NCBI GenBank assembly: GCA_038087875.1
Contig: CM075994.1
Span: 10,728,001 to 10,792,000 of the forward strand
Source: Malacoraja senta
Taxonomy: Eukaryota
Length of the DNA: 64,000 nt
Direction: 5' to 3'
Made by a program: the position numbers and the translations under genes. The notes under the pieces were generated by a model. It did not search any database. It had not been told where the DNA came from and saw only the letters and a program-made list of their open reading frames with translations. The first letter of the stretch is position 1, and every line of letters starts with the position of its first letter. This document shows, one piece after another, positions 49,404 through 62,800 of the stretch.

Positions 49404-52058
49404 TAGGACTGAGATGAGGGAGAACCTTTTCACCCAGAGAGTTGTGAATCTTTGGAATTCTCTGCCACCGAAGGCAGTAGAGTCCAATTCACTGGGTGAA
49501 TTCAAGAGAGATTTAGATATAGCTCTTAGGTTTAATGTAATCAAGGGGTATGGGGCAGAAGGCAGGAACAGGGTACTGATTTTGGATGATCAACCATGAT
49601 CAAATTAAATGGCCCTCGCTCGAAGGGCCGAAAGGCCTATTCCTGCACCCATTTTCTATGTTTCCATGTTTCTACTTTTCTATGGTGACATTTTGGAGAG
49701 TGAATCCATTGATATGGGATGGAACAAGATTTTCATGTGCTGGGCCAATGGGCGGATTAAAGGCTGATTTATTTAACTCGGATAAAAATGATGCAAGTTG
49801 GAAACACATGACAGGGCAGATTATACACATTAAAAAGTTACCCCCTGTGTTATTTTTAACAGACTAGGGAAACATTGGAATGCAGACATACAGCTCCATG
49901 AAAATTGAACCAGGGAAGGGCAGGGTGGCGACGAAGGTGTTTGACACATTTGCTGGGTCCGTGAGTGTATGAAATACAGGATTTGATACAACTGTACAGA
50001 CACTAGTAAGATCCACACCTCCAGATTCAGGGACAGTTCTTTACCAGTTGTTATCGGGCAACTGAATCATACTTCCACAACCAGAGAGCAGTGCTGAACT
50101 ACTATCTACATTTATGGTGACCCTCGGACTGTACATGATCGGACTTTGCTGGCTTTACCTTGCACTAAACGTTATTTCCTTATCATGCATCTATACACTG
50201 GAAATGGCTTGATTTTCTGCAAATTGGATAGCACGCAACAAGAGCTTTTTCACTGTAGCTCGGTGCACGTGACAATAAACTAAACTGAACAACTGAACTG
50301 ACTGCCTTGATTGTACCTTCCCCCTCACCTCCATCCAGGGATCACAGCCATCCTTCCAAATGAGACAAAGGTTCACGGTCAACTCATCCACTGCATCCTG
50401 TATTCCTGGTGACGCCTGGTGCGCATTCGTGTGAAAGTCCAGAGTCGCCGACCATTTAGCTGACAATTGCACCAAGGGCTGCCGGATGCCAACCATTTTA
50501 ACTCATCTTCCCATTCCCACGTTGGCCTTTCTGTCCTGGGCCTTCTCCGTTGCCAGAGTGAGGCCATACACAAACTGGAGGAACAGTGCCTCATATTCCC
50601 AACAACTTCAATAACAGTAATGTTTTTATGTGCAGCAGGACTGACAGACCCAGGGCAAATTTCGACCAGAGACTAGGAATGTTAACTCATGTCCTCTCTC
50701 CGCAGATCGTGCCTGACCAACCGCGGACCCATCCCAAGCCCACTTGACTATCTCAGCTTTGTCCACCCACACAACAGGGGTCTGGGCTCAGGCAAAAACG
50801 CCTGAGTCAGAGATTGTGCAGCTCACTTTGTTGGGATTTGGGAATGCTGATTACAAATCTGGAAGATTACGGACATGGGGGGTGGAATGGCAACATTCCT
50901 TGAATGAGCGAAGATTATTTACTAACATTGGAGCCAGGAACAGAAGTGTGTCCCTCAGTTGAAGGAGGGAAAGTTGTGAGGAGTGATATAGATGCAAACT
51001 CAGATTAAGGACAAGTAAGAATTTCATTACTCCGCCTCGGTACATATGACAATTAACAACTCATGACTATTTCTCTCTCTTGGGCCGAGGGCGGCGATTA
51101 AAGTTTCACCTGATGGATTGAGTGAAAAAAGGGAAGAAACAGAGGCAGATAATCAGAGAGAAAAAATGTAAAAGTGGTTGGGTCATTGGAATCAAACCCA
51201 CTTACAATATTGTAGGTCAGTAGATTAATACAACAGATACATTTAATACCCTGTTGTTGCAGTTGGATAATTCGCACGACAAGAAACATTCATAAGAACT
51301 GAATAGAAAGATTGTGTTTATTTGAATTATGTGTTTGGTGCTTCTAATACTCCAATTGAAATAAACCCGAATCGCTTTGGACAGTATAGCTTGCTTTTAA
51401 ACTCTGTCTGTGAATGTTCCTGTCTGCAAATTGACTCCTGCATTTCAATTGCCATTCCTGGCTGCACTTCAAAGAGAATTCCACCAGTTAACCACTGTTT
51501 CGGGCGGCGACTGAAACAAGGAATGATCTACGTACCGTACAGAGAGACAGACAGAGCCTGAGCACAACGGGATCCCACCTGGAAAGGGGAATTCGGTTTG
51601 AACCCATTCTTCCAAAGATCCGTTCGAAGAAAACGAATCTATTGTGTGGAATCAAATGCTGCAAACACGCTATAAATTCACTGAATCTATGAGTCGGCGG
51701 ACTTTAGGACGGGGGAGCCCGGAGCTCAGGACCCGCCGCCCCCGGCTGCTGCTGATCCTGCGGGTAGGCCGATTGTTTCAATCTTTATATTTTCACAAAA
51801 GTAATTTCTGTTCCGTTGCCGGACGCGGTTAACTTGTTAAAATGAACGGATCGACAGACAGCTCTGATTTCAGTTGCTGTTTATTTCACTCTTCCCACAT
51901 TTACATTCCCCCTGGGTTTATTTCCGCGCTCAGTGGGGTCTCGCGAAGCGGAATTTGGGGATTAAATGGGAGCCGTTCAGCGCCGACCTGTTGTCTACCG
52001 GATTTCTGCCCCACAGCCCGAGCCCCGCTCCTGACGCCGGTCCCGGGACCTGAACCCT

Positions 52059-55000
52059 TTACACACCCGGAGCGGAACCGGAGCAGATTCTCAGCCACAG
52101 GTTTTCCTCCCAAGCCCAGAAGAAGGGATAAAGTTTCTCCGTGAATTGATTCCCAGTGATGGTGTGGAGAAGGGACTTGGTGTCCGCGTCGTAAAATGAA
52201 ACTGTCCCGGACTCGTAACTGAGATAAATTCCCACCTTCCCGGGGATGGGATGGGCAGGGAGACGGGATAGAGGGGAGGTATGTGCAACAAGCTCGTCAC
52301 CCTGCCGCCCGATGCTCCAGACTCCAGTCTCCGTGGACGGCGGTTCCTCTCCATTCCTCTCCACAGACTCTGCGGCGACTCCCAGACTCCAGCCACGACA
52401 CTCCGCCACCTCCACCTCCCAGTAGTGTCTCCCCGATGTGAATCCCTCCGATCCCAGCACACACTCCCAGGATGAAAATCTCTTCTCGGTGTCAGGGAGA
52501 TTCCTGCAGGTCTCGGTACATCTCACCCTCTTCCGATCCTCAGACACCTCGAGCTGTGGCCCCGCTGTTTCCGCATCCAGGGTGAGGGAGACTGGGGGGA
52601 GAAGCAGAGAATAAGAGAGTCCCCGGGGGTCAGGGGGAGATTCGGGCAGCGCGTCCCCGGGACCGGGGAGAAGCCGCTCGGCCTCAGACACAGTCGGTCT
52701 CATAACTGAATCCTTGCTCGAGGTATCACCCACAACAACATCGGATGGCTAAGAGACATCTTTCCCGGAGTGTCCCAACCGGCCAGGTAAGGGGAAATTA
52801 CGTGGGTTATCGGGAACGGGCGTGGGCGTGCGGACGAGGAAAGCGAATGCGTAAAGTGAGGATAAACGAGAGATTACGGGTGGGGATGGAGAAATAAGGC
52901 GGGTATTTAAATATCTTAATATAGAAGTATAGAAAATAGGTGCAGGAGTAGGCCATTCGGCCCTTCGAGCCTGCACTGCCATTCAATATGATCATGGCTA
53001 ATCATCCAACTCAATATCCTGTACCTGCCTTCTCTCCATACCCCTTGATCCCTTTAGCCACAAGGGCCACATTAACTCCCTCTTAAATTTAGCCAATGAA
53101 CTGGCCTCAACTACCTTCTGTGGCACAGAATTCCGCAGATTCACCACTCTCTGTCTGAAAAATGTTTTTCTCATCTCGGTCCTAAAAGACTTCCCTCTTT
53201 TCTTCAAACTGTGACCCCTTGTCCTGGACTTCCCCAACATCGGGAACAATCTTCCTGCATCTAGCCTGTCCAACCCCTTAAGAATTTTGTAATTTCTATA
53301 AGATCCCCCCTCAATCTTCTAAATTCTAGCGAGTACAAGCCAAGTCTATCCAGTCTTTCTTCATATGAACGTCCTGCCATCCCAGGAAAAAGTCTGGTGA
53401 ACCTTCTTTGCACTCCCTCTATGGCAAGAATATCTTTCCTCAGATTAGGAGACCAAAACTGTACAAATACTCCAGGTGTTGTTTCACCAAGGCCCTGTAC
53501 AACTGCAGTAGAACCTCCCTGTTCCTATACACAAATCCTTTTGCTATGAATGCTAACATACCATTCGCTTTATTCACTGCCTGCTGCACCTGCATGCCTA
53601 CATTCTATGAATGGTGTACCATGACACCCAGGTCTCATTGCATTTCCCATTTTCCTAATCGGCCACCATTCAGATAATAGTCTACTTTCCAGTTCTTGCC
53701 ACCAAAGTGGATAACCTCACATTTATTCACATTATATTGCATCTGCCATGCATTTGCCCACTCACCCAACCTATCCAAGTCACCTTGCAGTCTCCTAGCA
53801 TCCTTCTCGCAGCCAATACTGCCCCCTAGCTTCGCGTCATCCGCAAACTTGGAGGTGTTGCATTCAATTCCCTCGTCCAAATCATTAATATATATTGTAA
53901 ATAGCTGGGGTCCCAACACTGAACCTTGCAGTACCCCACTGCCTGCCATTCTGAAAAGTACCCGTTTACTCCTACACTTTGCTTCCTGTCTGCCAGCCAG
54001 TTCTCTATCCACATCAATACTGAACCCCCAATACCGTGTGCTTTAAGTTTGCATATTAATCTCTTATGTGAGACCTTGTCGAAAGCCTTCTGAAAGTCCA
54101 GATATAACACATCCACTGGTTCTCCCTTATCCACTCTACTAGTTACATCCTCGATAAATACTATAAGATTCGTCAGACATGATTTACCTTTCATAAATCC
54201 ATGCTGACTTTGTCCAATGATTTCACCACTTTCAAAATGTGCTGCTATACCATCTTTAATAACTGACTAGCATTTTCCCCCACTACCGATGTTAGACTAA
54301 CGGGTCTGTAATTCCCCGTTTTCTCTCTCCCTCCTTTATAAAAATTGGGGTTACATTAGCTACCCTCCAATCCTCAGGAACTACTCCAGAATCTAAAGTG
54401 TTTTGAAAAATTATCAATAATGCATCCACTATTTCTGGGGCTACTTCCTTAAGTACTCTGGGATGCAGCCTATCTGGCCCTGGAGATTTATCGGCCTTTA
54501 ATCCATTCAATTTACCTAACACCACTTCCCGACTAACCTGGATTTCACTCAGTTCCTCCATCTCATTTGACCCCCAGTCCCCTGCTATTTCCGGCAGATT
54601 ATTTATGTCTTCCTTCAATTGGTCTGCCATGTCAATTCACCTGTTTCTGACTGCAAGGGACCTACATTTGTTTTAACTATTCGTTTACTCTTCACATATC
54701 TATAAAACTTTTGCAGTCAGTTTATGTTATCTGCCAGTTTTCTTTCATAATCTATTTTCCCTTTCCTAATTAAGCCCACTGTCCTCCTCTGCTGGACTAA
54801 ATTTCTCTGGTAGGCTGCTTTTTCTGGCTAATTTGTATGCTTCATCTTTTGTTTTTATAGTATCCCTGATTTCCCTTGTTATCCACGGATGCACTACCTT
54901 CCCTGATTTATTCTTTTGCCAAACTGGGGTGAACAATTGTTGTAGTTCATCCATGCAGCCTTTAAATGCCTTCCAATGCATATCCACCATCAACCCTTTA

Positions 55001-58000
55001 AGAATCAATTGCCAATTCACGTCTCATACCCTCAAAGTTACCTTTCTTTAAGATGAGAACCCTTGTTTCTGAATTAATTATGTCACTCTCCATCCTAATG
55101 AAGAACACAACCATATTATGGTCACTCTTGCCCAAGGGGCCACGCACAACAAGACTGCTAACTAACCCATCCTCCATACTCAATACCCAATCTAGAATAG
55201 CCTGCTCTCTCGTTGGTTCCTCTACATGTTGGTTTAGAAAACTATCCCGCATACATTCCAAGAAATCCCCTTCCTCAGCACTCCTGCCAATTTGATTCAC
55301 CTAATCTATACGTAGATTGAATTCACCCATAATAACAGTTTTACCTTTGTTGCATGCATTTCTAATTTCCTGTTTGATGCCATCCCCAACACTACTACTG
55401 TTAGGTGGCCTGTACACAACTCCCACTAGCATTTTCTACCCCTTAGTGCTTCGCAGCTCTACCCATATCGATTCCACATCCTTCAAGCTAATGTCCTTCC
55501 TTTCTATTGCGTTAATCTAACCAGCAACGCTACCCCACCTCCTTTTCCTTTCTGTCTATCCCTCCTGAACATTCAATATCCCTGGATGTTCAGCTCCCAG
55601 CCTTGGTCACCCTGGAGCCATGTATCCGTGACCCCAACTATATCATATTCATTAATAAATATCTGCACATTCAACTCATCCACCTTATTACGAATGCTCC
55701 TTGCATTGAGACACAAAGCCTTCAGGCTTGTTTTTACAACACTCTTACCCCTTATACAATTATGTTGTAAAGTGGCCCTTTTTTGATTTTTGCCCTGGAT
55801 TTGTCTGCCTGCCACTTTTACTTTTCACCTTGCTACCTATTGCTTCTACCCTCATTTTACACCCCCTCTGTCTCTCTGCTCATGCTCCCATCCCCCTGCC
55901 ACATTAGTTTGCCAGTAGATGGCGAGGGAGAGGCAGATTAGAAGATGAGGAGACTGGTGTGAGTGGTAATTAGAGGTGGTTAAAGAGGATGCAGAGATGT
56001 GGGGTGGAGTTGCCGTGATCATATTGAACGGGAGTGGATTGGACGCACGAGGCCATCTGCTACTGTTTCCTTACTTTCTTTAGAGGAGGGTGGATTTGAT
56101 GCGTCTGTACAACCAAGAACACTATGATCTCATTGTGAAACAATATGTGAACTTTGCTGGGGGACCAGACAATGTTTTGCATGTAAGGCTGGTCCAGAAA
56201 GTGAAGGCAGGTGGGATCCAAGACGAGTTGAAAAATGGTTCCAAAATTGTCTTGGTGGTTGGAGGTGGAAGGTAGCAGTGGAAGGATGTTCTGCTTGGAG
56301 GTCTGTGACTGGGTGGTGTGCAGCAGAGATCGGTGCTGCAACCTTTGCTGTTTATTTTCTATTTTGCTCCTGAAATAAATAAAACACAAATCTAAATAGA
56401 CTGAGATGGATCATGATGCCGACGGCAGTTATTTCACCAAATTGCTACAAAAACCCTCTGATAATTCCAATTTCCCAACTCTTTGCAGCTCTCCCACACA
56501 GAAAGTGGATATTGTCGTGGAGAAATCGAACACAGGGGGAAGCCTTACTGCGAGTATGCAACTTACGAATCAAACCGGGCAGGTCGTGGGATTTTATCTG
56601 GAGAAGATGCCAGAGATAATAGGATGGAATATTTTAAGGTCAGCGGTGGATTTAAATGGGTGGGGGTTGGAAATATTATTACTACTTGTGGGGAAAAGAA
56701 AGATAAAGCCTGGAATGTATGATGGCCTTTAATAAATTCCACAAAAAATGTAGTAAAGAGAACGTGGAACTCGCAGGGTGGCCTGAAGACAATATTGCAG
56801 ATAAATTTAAGTTGAAGTGGGATAAATACATGAGGATTCCTGGAATTTGGGGCATTTTTGTCGGATGTGGTGAGTAGATGGAACAGATGGAACATTGACC
56901 CAGTACTGAATTACTGGTAAATGCAGCATTTATTTCAGTAATTTAACCCACCATTTTGTGACTGTGCACTTTCACTTCAACAAACTGTAGTGTAACCCCT
57001 CACCTTCAGAAATATCACGCCGTCCTTGTGATCTATCTGTTCCTGTAACTTTGAGAGTTCCTTCTGAATGGAATTTAAATTATTTTGTATCTCTTGAAGA
57101 TTTTCCTCCATTGTTTTTACAATTTCCTTCTCTTCTTCCTGGATATCTCCGAGTAAGCGCTGCTCTTTCTCCACGAGAATCTGGTGCAGTTCAGCAAACT
57201 GGGATGTGACCTGTGACTGAAGGTTGTGTGACTCTTCCTATCAGAGAAAGATAAGATTCAATATATTATGTCACTCTGAGTGCAGGAAAATGCCATTCGG
57301 CCCAACATGTCCATGAGCTTCGTATGCATCTACACTAATCCAATTTACATGTATTTAATTCGTAGCTTTCATTACCGAGGCAATTCAAGAGCTTCTCTCA
57401 ATAATTCTGAAATATTTTGTGAAAGTTATGTACAATCACATAATTCCCATTTCACCAATTCAATTCCCTGCAACCTAAACCATTTTATATGTCCATTAAC
57501 CCTCACAGGACAGAACTAGGTCACCAGAACTAGCAGACAGCAGCACCACTTAGAACAAAAGACTTCATAGAGTCATACAGCAAGGGGTGTTAGATACCGA
57601 CCAAGGCGCCCCATCTGCGCTAATTCCACCTGCCTGCATTTGGCCCAGATAGCTCTAAAACTTTTCTCTCCACGAATCTGTTCAAATACTTTTCAACTGT
57701 TGTTATGGTACCTGACTCAACTACCTCTTCTGGCAGCTCGTTCCATATACCCACTATCAAAGTTGTCCTTCACGTTCTTTTTAAATCTTTTCCCTCTCAC
57801 CTAAAACATATACCCTCATATTCTCGCCCCCCCCCCTACTAAGGGTAAAAGACTGACCATCCAACGTATCATTTCGTTTCATGATATTATGCACCTGCCA
57901 CAGACAATTCTTCAGACTCCTGCGTTCCAGGGAGTAAAGTCTTTGGCTGCTCAACCTCCCCCAAGAGTTCTGGCTCTCGACTACTGTGCTCTATAGAGGT

Positions 58001-58661
58001 GCCAAATTGTTGCACACATCAAAGGGATTAAATCTACACAAGAACATTAAAGCGACAGCACAAACCTGAACGTCAGAAATGCTCCAATTCTGTCCTTGCT
58101 CCAATCCCTCGACGTTTGATTCCGTTTCTGTGAGAGATTTGAAGGTAGATTTCATCTGAGCCTGGGGTTGGGTTTCAGATCAGAGAATAAAAATGTCAGA
58201 AAATGAACACGACATGAAACAATGAAGTGATCAGAATCGGTTTGCTTTTACCTTGTAGTTCGCAACAGCTTCATCTACCGGCATGACGCTGTGAGACTTA
58301 TGTTCCCGCCCAGCTGCACAAGTCACACAGATCAGTTTCTTGTCCGTTTCACAAAACAGCTTCAGTTCTTCCTGATGTTCCTCGCAGTGAGGTTTACTTT
58401 CCTTCGCTTTGAGATTCAGGCTCAGTGCTCGAGCTTTCTCAGCCAGTCTCGCCAAGGCCGATTCACTCTGAAGGTGCGGTCTGTAAACTCCTCTCTACAT
58501 TCCGGGCAGGAGTTTCTCCTCTCGCTGTCCCAACTCCGTGTGATGCAGTAGCGGCAGAAGTTGTGCCCACACTCCAGTGACACCGGATCGGTGAAGAGAT
58601 CCAGGCAGATGGGACAAACTACCTCCTCGGTCCAACTCTCGACCTGGTCTTTCGCAGCCAT
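52059..58661 (-). pseudogene. TRIM gene E (paralogue of B) with a 1-bp frameshift in exon 1 and deletion of exon 5 and most of exon 4. Remaining exons 58252-58661, 58066-58161, 57004-57237, 52059-52591
   Basis: Exon 1 is 410 bp (aaggccgatt vs aaggcccgatt in paralogues, ~58458) and is split into two ORFs. The junction at 56365/56366 joins sequences equivalent to B 18337 and 18786. Confidence 0.85.
52918..55908 (-). mobile_element. CR1 LINE in intron 5 of gene E, a duplicate of the insertion in gene B
   Basis: Same junctions (aaatatctt|aatatag ... acattagt|ttgccag) and nearly the same sequence as 14809-17883. Confidence 0.93.
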
Positions 58662-58737
58662 TTTAAATCCTCCACTTACTGCTTCAAAATGTATTCACTG
58701 ACGTGGAGCTGCTGAATATGGTCATGGTCAGGTGACC

Positions 58738-59001
58738 GTCACGGCGGCGCAGCGGTAGAGTTGCTGCAATGCAGCGAATGCAGCGCCGGAGAACTGAGTT
58801 CGATGCTGAGTACGGGTGCTGTCTGTACAGAGTTTGTACGTTCTCCCGTGATCTGCGTGCTTTTTTCTCCGAAATCTTGGGTTCTTCAGAGGCTTGGCAA
58901 AAGTAACAAATGTCCCTAGTGGCCGTTAATGTGCGCGGATCGCTGGTCGGCGCGGACCCGGTGGGCCGAAGGGCCTGTTTGCGCGCTGTATCTCGAAACT
59001 C
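58738..59001 (+). mobile_element. HE1/V-SINE-like SINE upstream of gene E
   Basis: Paralogue of 21173-21445. Confidence 0.8.
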
Positions 59002-59561
59002 AACAGTACAGTGTCGCTGCGCCCGCTGCCGTCCCGGGCATTGAATGCTATTTTACTGCAAGTGTTCAGTGCGAAGATTTCCTGGCCGCTTCCAACTCAT
59101 CTCACACGAGGGAGGGGCATGATTGCATAAAATTGCACTGGCCTGAATATGGACGAGAAAGACTAAGGCAGGACAGAAAGGGACGGGGCCCGGCGTTAAG
59201 GAAGCCTCGGGTGTAACCTGAGGACACGTTGCAGCTGTTGGGCAGTGGAACCCGCCGCCCGCATCTCCGTTCACAGCCCGGGATCAGGATGGACGGAGAC
59301 CTCCCTCCGCCCATATTTTATTCCACAAACGTGCACCTGTCTCTCATGCAGCAGTCTTCGGGGCAATCTATGTTTGCGTTTATTGTTTAAACGATATTAT
59401 ATGACCCTCTAAAATTCATTGCAGTTTGCAAAGGTTTACTTTGTCTGTCTGAAGAAGGGTCTCGACCCGAAACGTCGCCCCGAAAATTCTATCCATAGAT
59501 GCTGCCTCACCCAATGAGTATCTCCAGCAGTTTTATCGACCAGATTCTTTGTCTGCTGATC

Positions 59562-59857
59562 AGTTTAGTTTAGTTTAGTGTAGAGATAGTTTTGAAATCA
59601 GGCCACTCAGTCCACCGAGTCTGCACCAACCAGCGATCCCCACAAATTAAAACTATCCTGCACACGCTAGGGACAAATTTACACATCAAGCCAATTAACC
59701 TACATACCTGTACGCCTCTGGAGTGTGGGAGGAAACCGAAGATCTCGGAGAAAACCCATGCGGTCACGGGGTTGAACGTACAGACACCACCCGTAATCGG
59801 GATCGAACCCGGGTCTCTGGCGCTGCAAGGCAGCAACTCTACCGCTGCGCCACCGTG
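59562..59857 (-). mobile_element. HE1/V-SINE-like SINE
   Basis: Paralogue of 8128-8431. Confidence 0.8.
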
Positions 59858-62800
59858 GAATCAGTGAGTGTGGAACACGGAACACTCAGATTCGAAAGCC
59901 CAATTGGCAGCATTTCCTCCGCCCCTGCAGGTCATTCTTGCCGCTAATGCTTCCGAGATGGCGCCCAACCAAGGCGTCTATTTGCGTGCGATGCAGATCT
60001 ACAATCACATATTACAATCGCCCCACACTCTTAAATCTCTACTCCCACCTCAACATTTCTCACTTTAACTATGATCGGACGTTGCTGGTTTAACCTTGCA
60101 CTAAACGTTATTCCACCATCGAGTATCTGTACACTGCAAGTGGCTCGATTATAATAATGTATCGTCTTTCTGCTGCCTGGATAGCACGCAACAAAAGTAT
60201 TTCACTGTCCTTCGAAACACGTGACAATAAACTAAACTGAAAAACCTTATTCTCCTTAGATAGGCACAAAATGCTGGAGACCGTCTCGACCTGAAACGTC
60301 ATCCATTCCTTGTCTGAAGAGATGCTGCCTGTCCCGCTGAGTTACTCCAGCATATTGTGTCTATCTTCGGTTTAAACCAGCATCTGCAATTCTGCCTACA
60401 CGTCGAGCCATTTTCCCCTTGTTGCTTCTCTATCTCAATTCTGTGCCCATTTGATCCTCGCACAGATGGAAAGACGCCCCCCCCCCCCCCCCCCCCCGCT
60501 CCCATTCCCCTCGTCTCCACACCGGACCAGGGCTTGAACCCTCTGTGAAAGCTTTCAAATTCCCTTCTCCACAGAGAACCTGCATCCGCTTCTCCGGCCT
60601 CGACCTCGACCCGAATCTCCTCATCCTTGAAACCATTCCAGTGAATATCTCCTGCGCCCTCCCGATGATCATCGCTTCATTCATTAAGTTTGGTGACCAG
60701 AAATAGGCTTGAAGCACCAGTTGGGTCCAAACCTTTTATTGTATACTGATTCAACATAACCTCCTGATGATGTAGGGAGGAACTGCAGAAGCTGGTTTAA
60801 ATCGAAGACAGTTACAAAATGCTGGAGTATCTCAGCAGGGCGGGCAACATCTCTGGAGAGAAGGAATGGGTGACGTTTCGGGTCGAGACCCTTCTTCGGA
60901 CTCTTTCACACATTTGTTCTACATCTCATTATATCACCGTCTATATCTCTCGCTTCCTTTTCCCCTGACTCAGTCTGCAGAAGGGTCTCGTCCCGAAACG
61001 TCACCCACTCCTTCTGTCCAGAGATGCTGCCTGTTCCGCTGAGTTACTCCAGCTTTTTGTGACTATGTCTTGATATTGTACTCTGGGCCTTCATTGATGA
61101 GGTTCTGGATTCCCGTTGCCATTACTGCCTGCACTTCAATGTGATTTACGCAGGTAAAGCACCCTGTGGTCTCCGAAAAGAGATGCGAGGAAATTGTATA
61201 AATGTTAGCGGGTTGTGACGCTGCAATGCTGAGAACTATATGCTGCACATTGTAACTGTCCCTTTTCCCTATCTATTGTACTGGAGTTTGACTTGGTTGT
61301 AATTAGTGGCAGATGGTTTGCCGCAGGGCTCAGTGCTGGCTCAACTGATGACCATTTTTTAAAATGTAAACGATTTGGATGTGTATGTGGGTGACATGGT
61401 TACTCACATAGATACATAGAAAATAGGTGCAGGATTAGGCCATTCTCCCCTTGGAGCCGGCACCGCCGTTCAATGTGATCATGGCTGATCAACCACAATC
61501 AGTACCCCGTTCCTGCCTTCTCCCCATATCCTTTGATTCCTCTTGCCCGAAGGGCTCTATCCAGTGAATCGGCCTCCATTGCCGAGGCAGAGAATTCCAC
61601 AAATTCCTCCAACTCTCAGGGTGAAAAAGTTTGTCCTCATCTCTGTTCTAATGGTTAGTCAGTTTGAGATGAGACTAACATTGGTTAAAACAATTGTCCC
61701 TAGTATGTTGGATGGTGTAAGTGAACGTCCGACAGGGCTAATATTCACGGGAATTTAGAAGGATGAGAGGAGATCTTATGGAAACATATAATTTTATTTA
61801 GAGGATTGGACAGGCTGGATGCAGGAAAAATGTTCCCGATGTTGAGGGAATCCAGAACCTGGGGGCACAGTGTAGGAATAAGGGGTAGGTCATATAGGAC
61901 TGAGATGTGGTAGAACCTTTTCACCCGGTGAGTTGTGAATCTTTGGAATTCTCTGCCACCGAAGGCAGTTGAGTCCAATTCGCTGGGTGTATTCAAGAGA
62001 GAGTTAGATATAGCTCTTAGGGATAATGGAATCAAGGGATATGGGGGAGAAGGCAGGAACAGGGTACTGATTTTGAATGATCAGCCATGATCAAATTAAA
62101 TGGCCCTCGCTCGAAAGGCCGAAAGGCCTATTCCTGCACCTATTTTCTATGTTTCCATGTTTCTACTTTTCAATGGTGACATTTTGGAGAGTGAATGCAT
62201 TGATATGGAATGGAACAAGATTCTCATGAACTGGGCCAATGGGCGGATTAAAGGCTGATTTATTTAACTCGGTTAAAAATGATGCGTTGGAAAGACATGA
62301 CAGGGTAGATTATACACATTAAAAAGTTACCCCTTGTATTATTTTTAGCAGACTAGGGAGACATTGGAATGCAGACATACAGATCCATGAAAATGGCATC
62401 AGGGATGGGCAGGGAGGCGACGGAGGCGTTTGACACATTTGGTGGGTCCGTGTGGGTATGAAATACAGGATTTGATACAACTGTACAAGACACTAGTGAG
62501 ATACACACCTCCAGATTCGGGGACAGTTTCTTCCCAGTTTATATCAGGCAACTGAATCATATTTCCACAACCAGACAGCAGTGCTGAACTACTATCTACA
62601 TTTATGGTGACCCTCGGACTGTACATGATCGGACTTTGCTGGCTTTACCTTGCACTAAACGTTATTTCCTTATCATGCATCTATACACTGGAAATGGCTT
62701 GATTTCCTGCAAATTGGATCGCACGCAACAAGAGCTTTTCACTGAACAATAAACTAAACTGAACAACTGAACTGACTGCATTGATAGTACCTTCCTCCTC

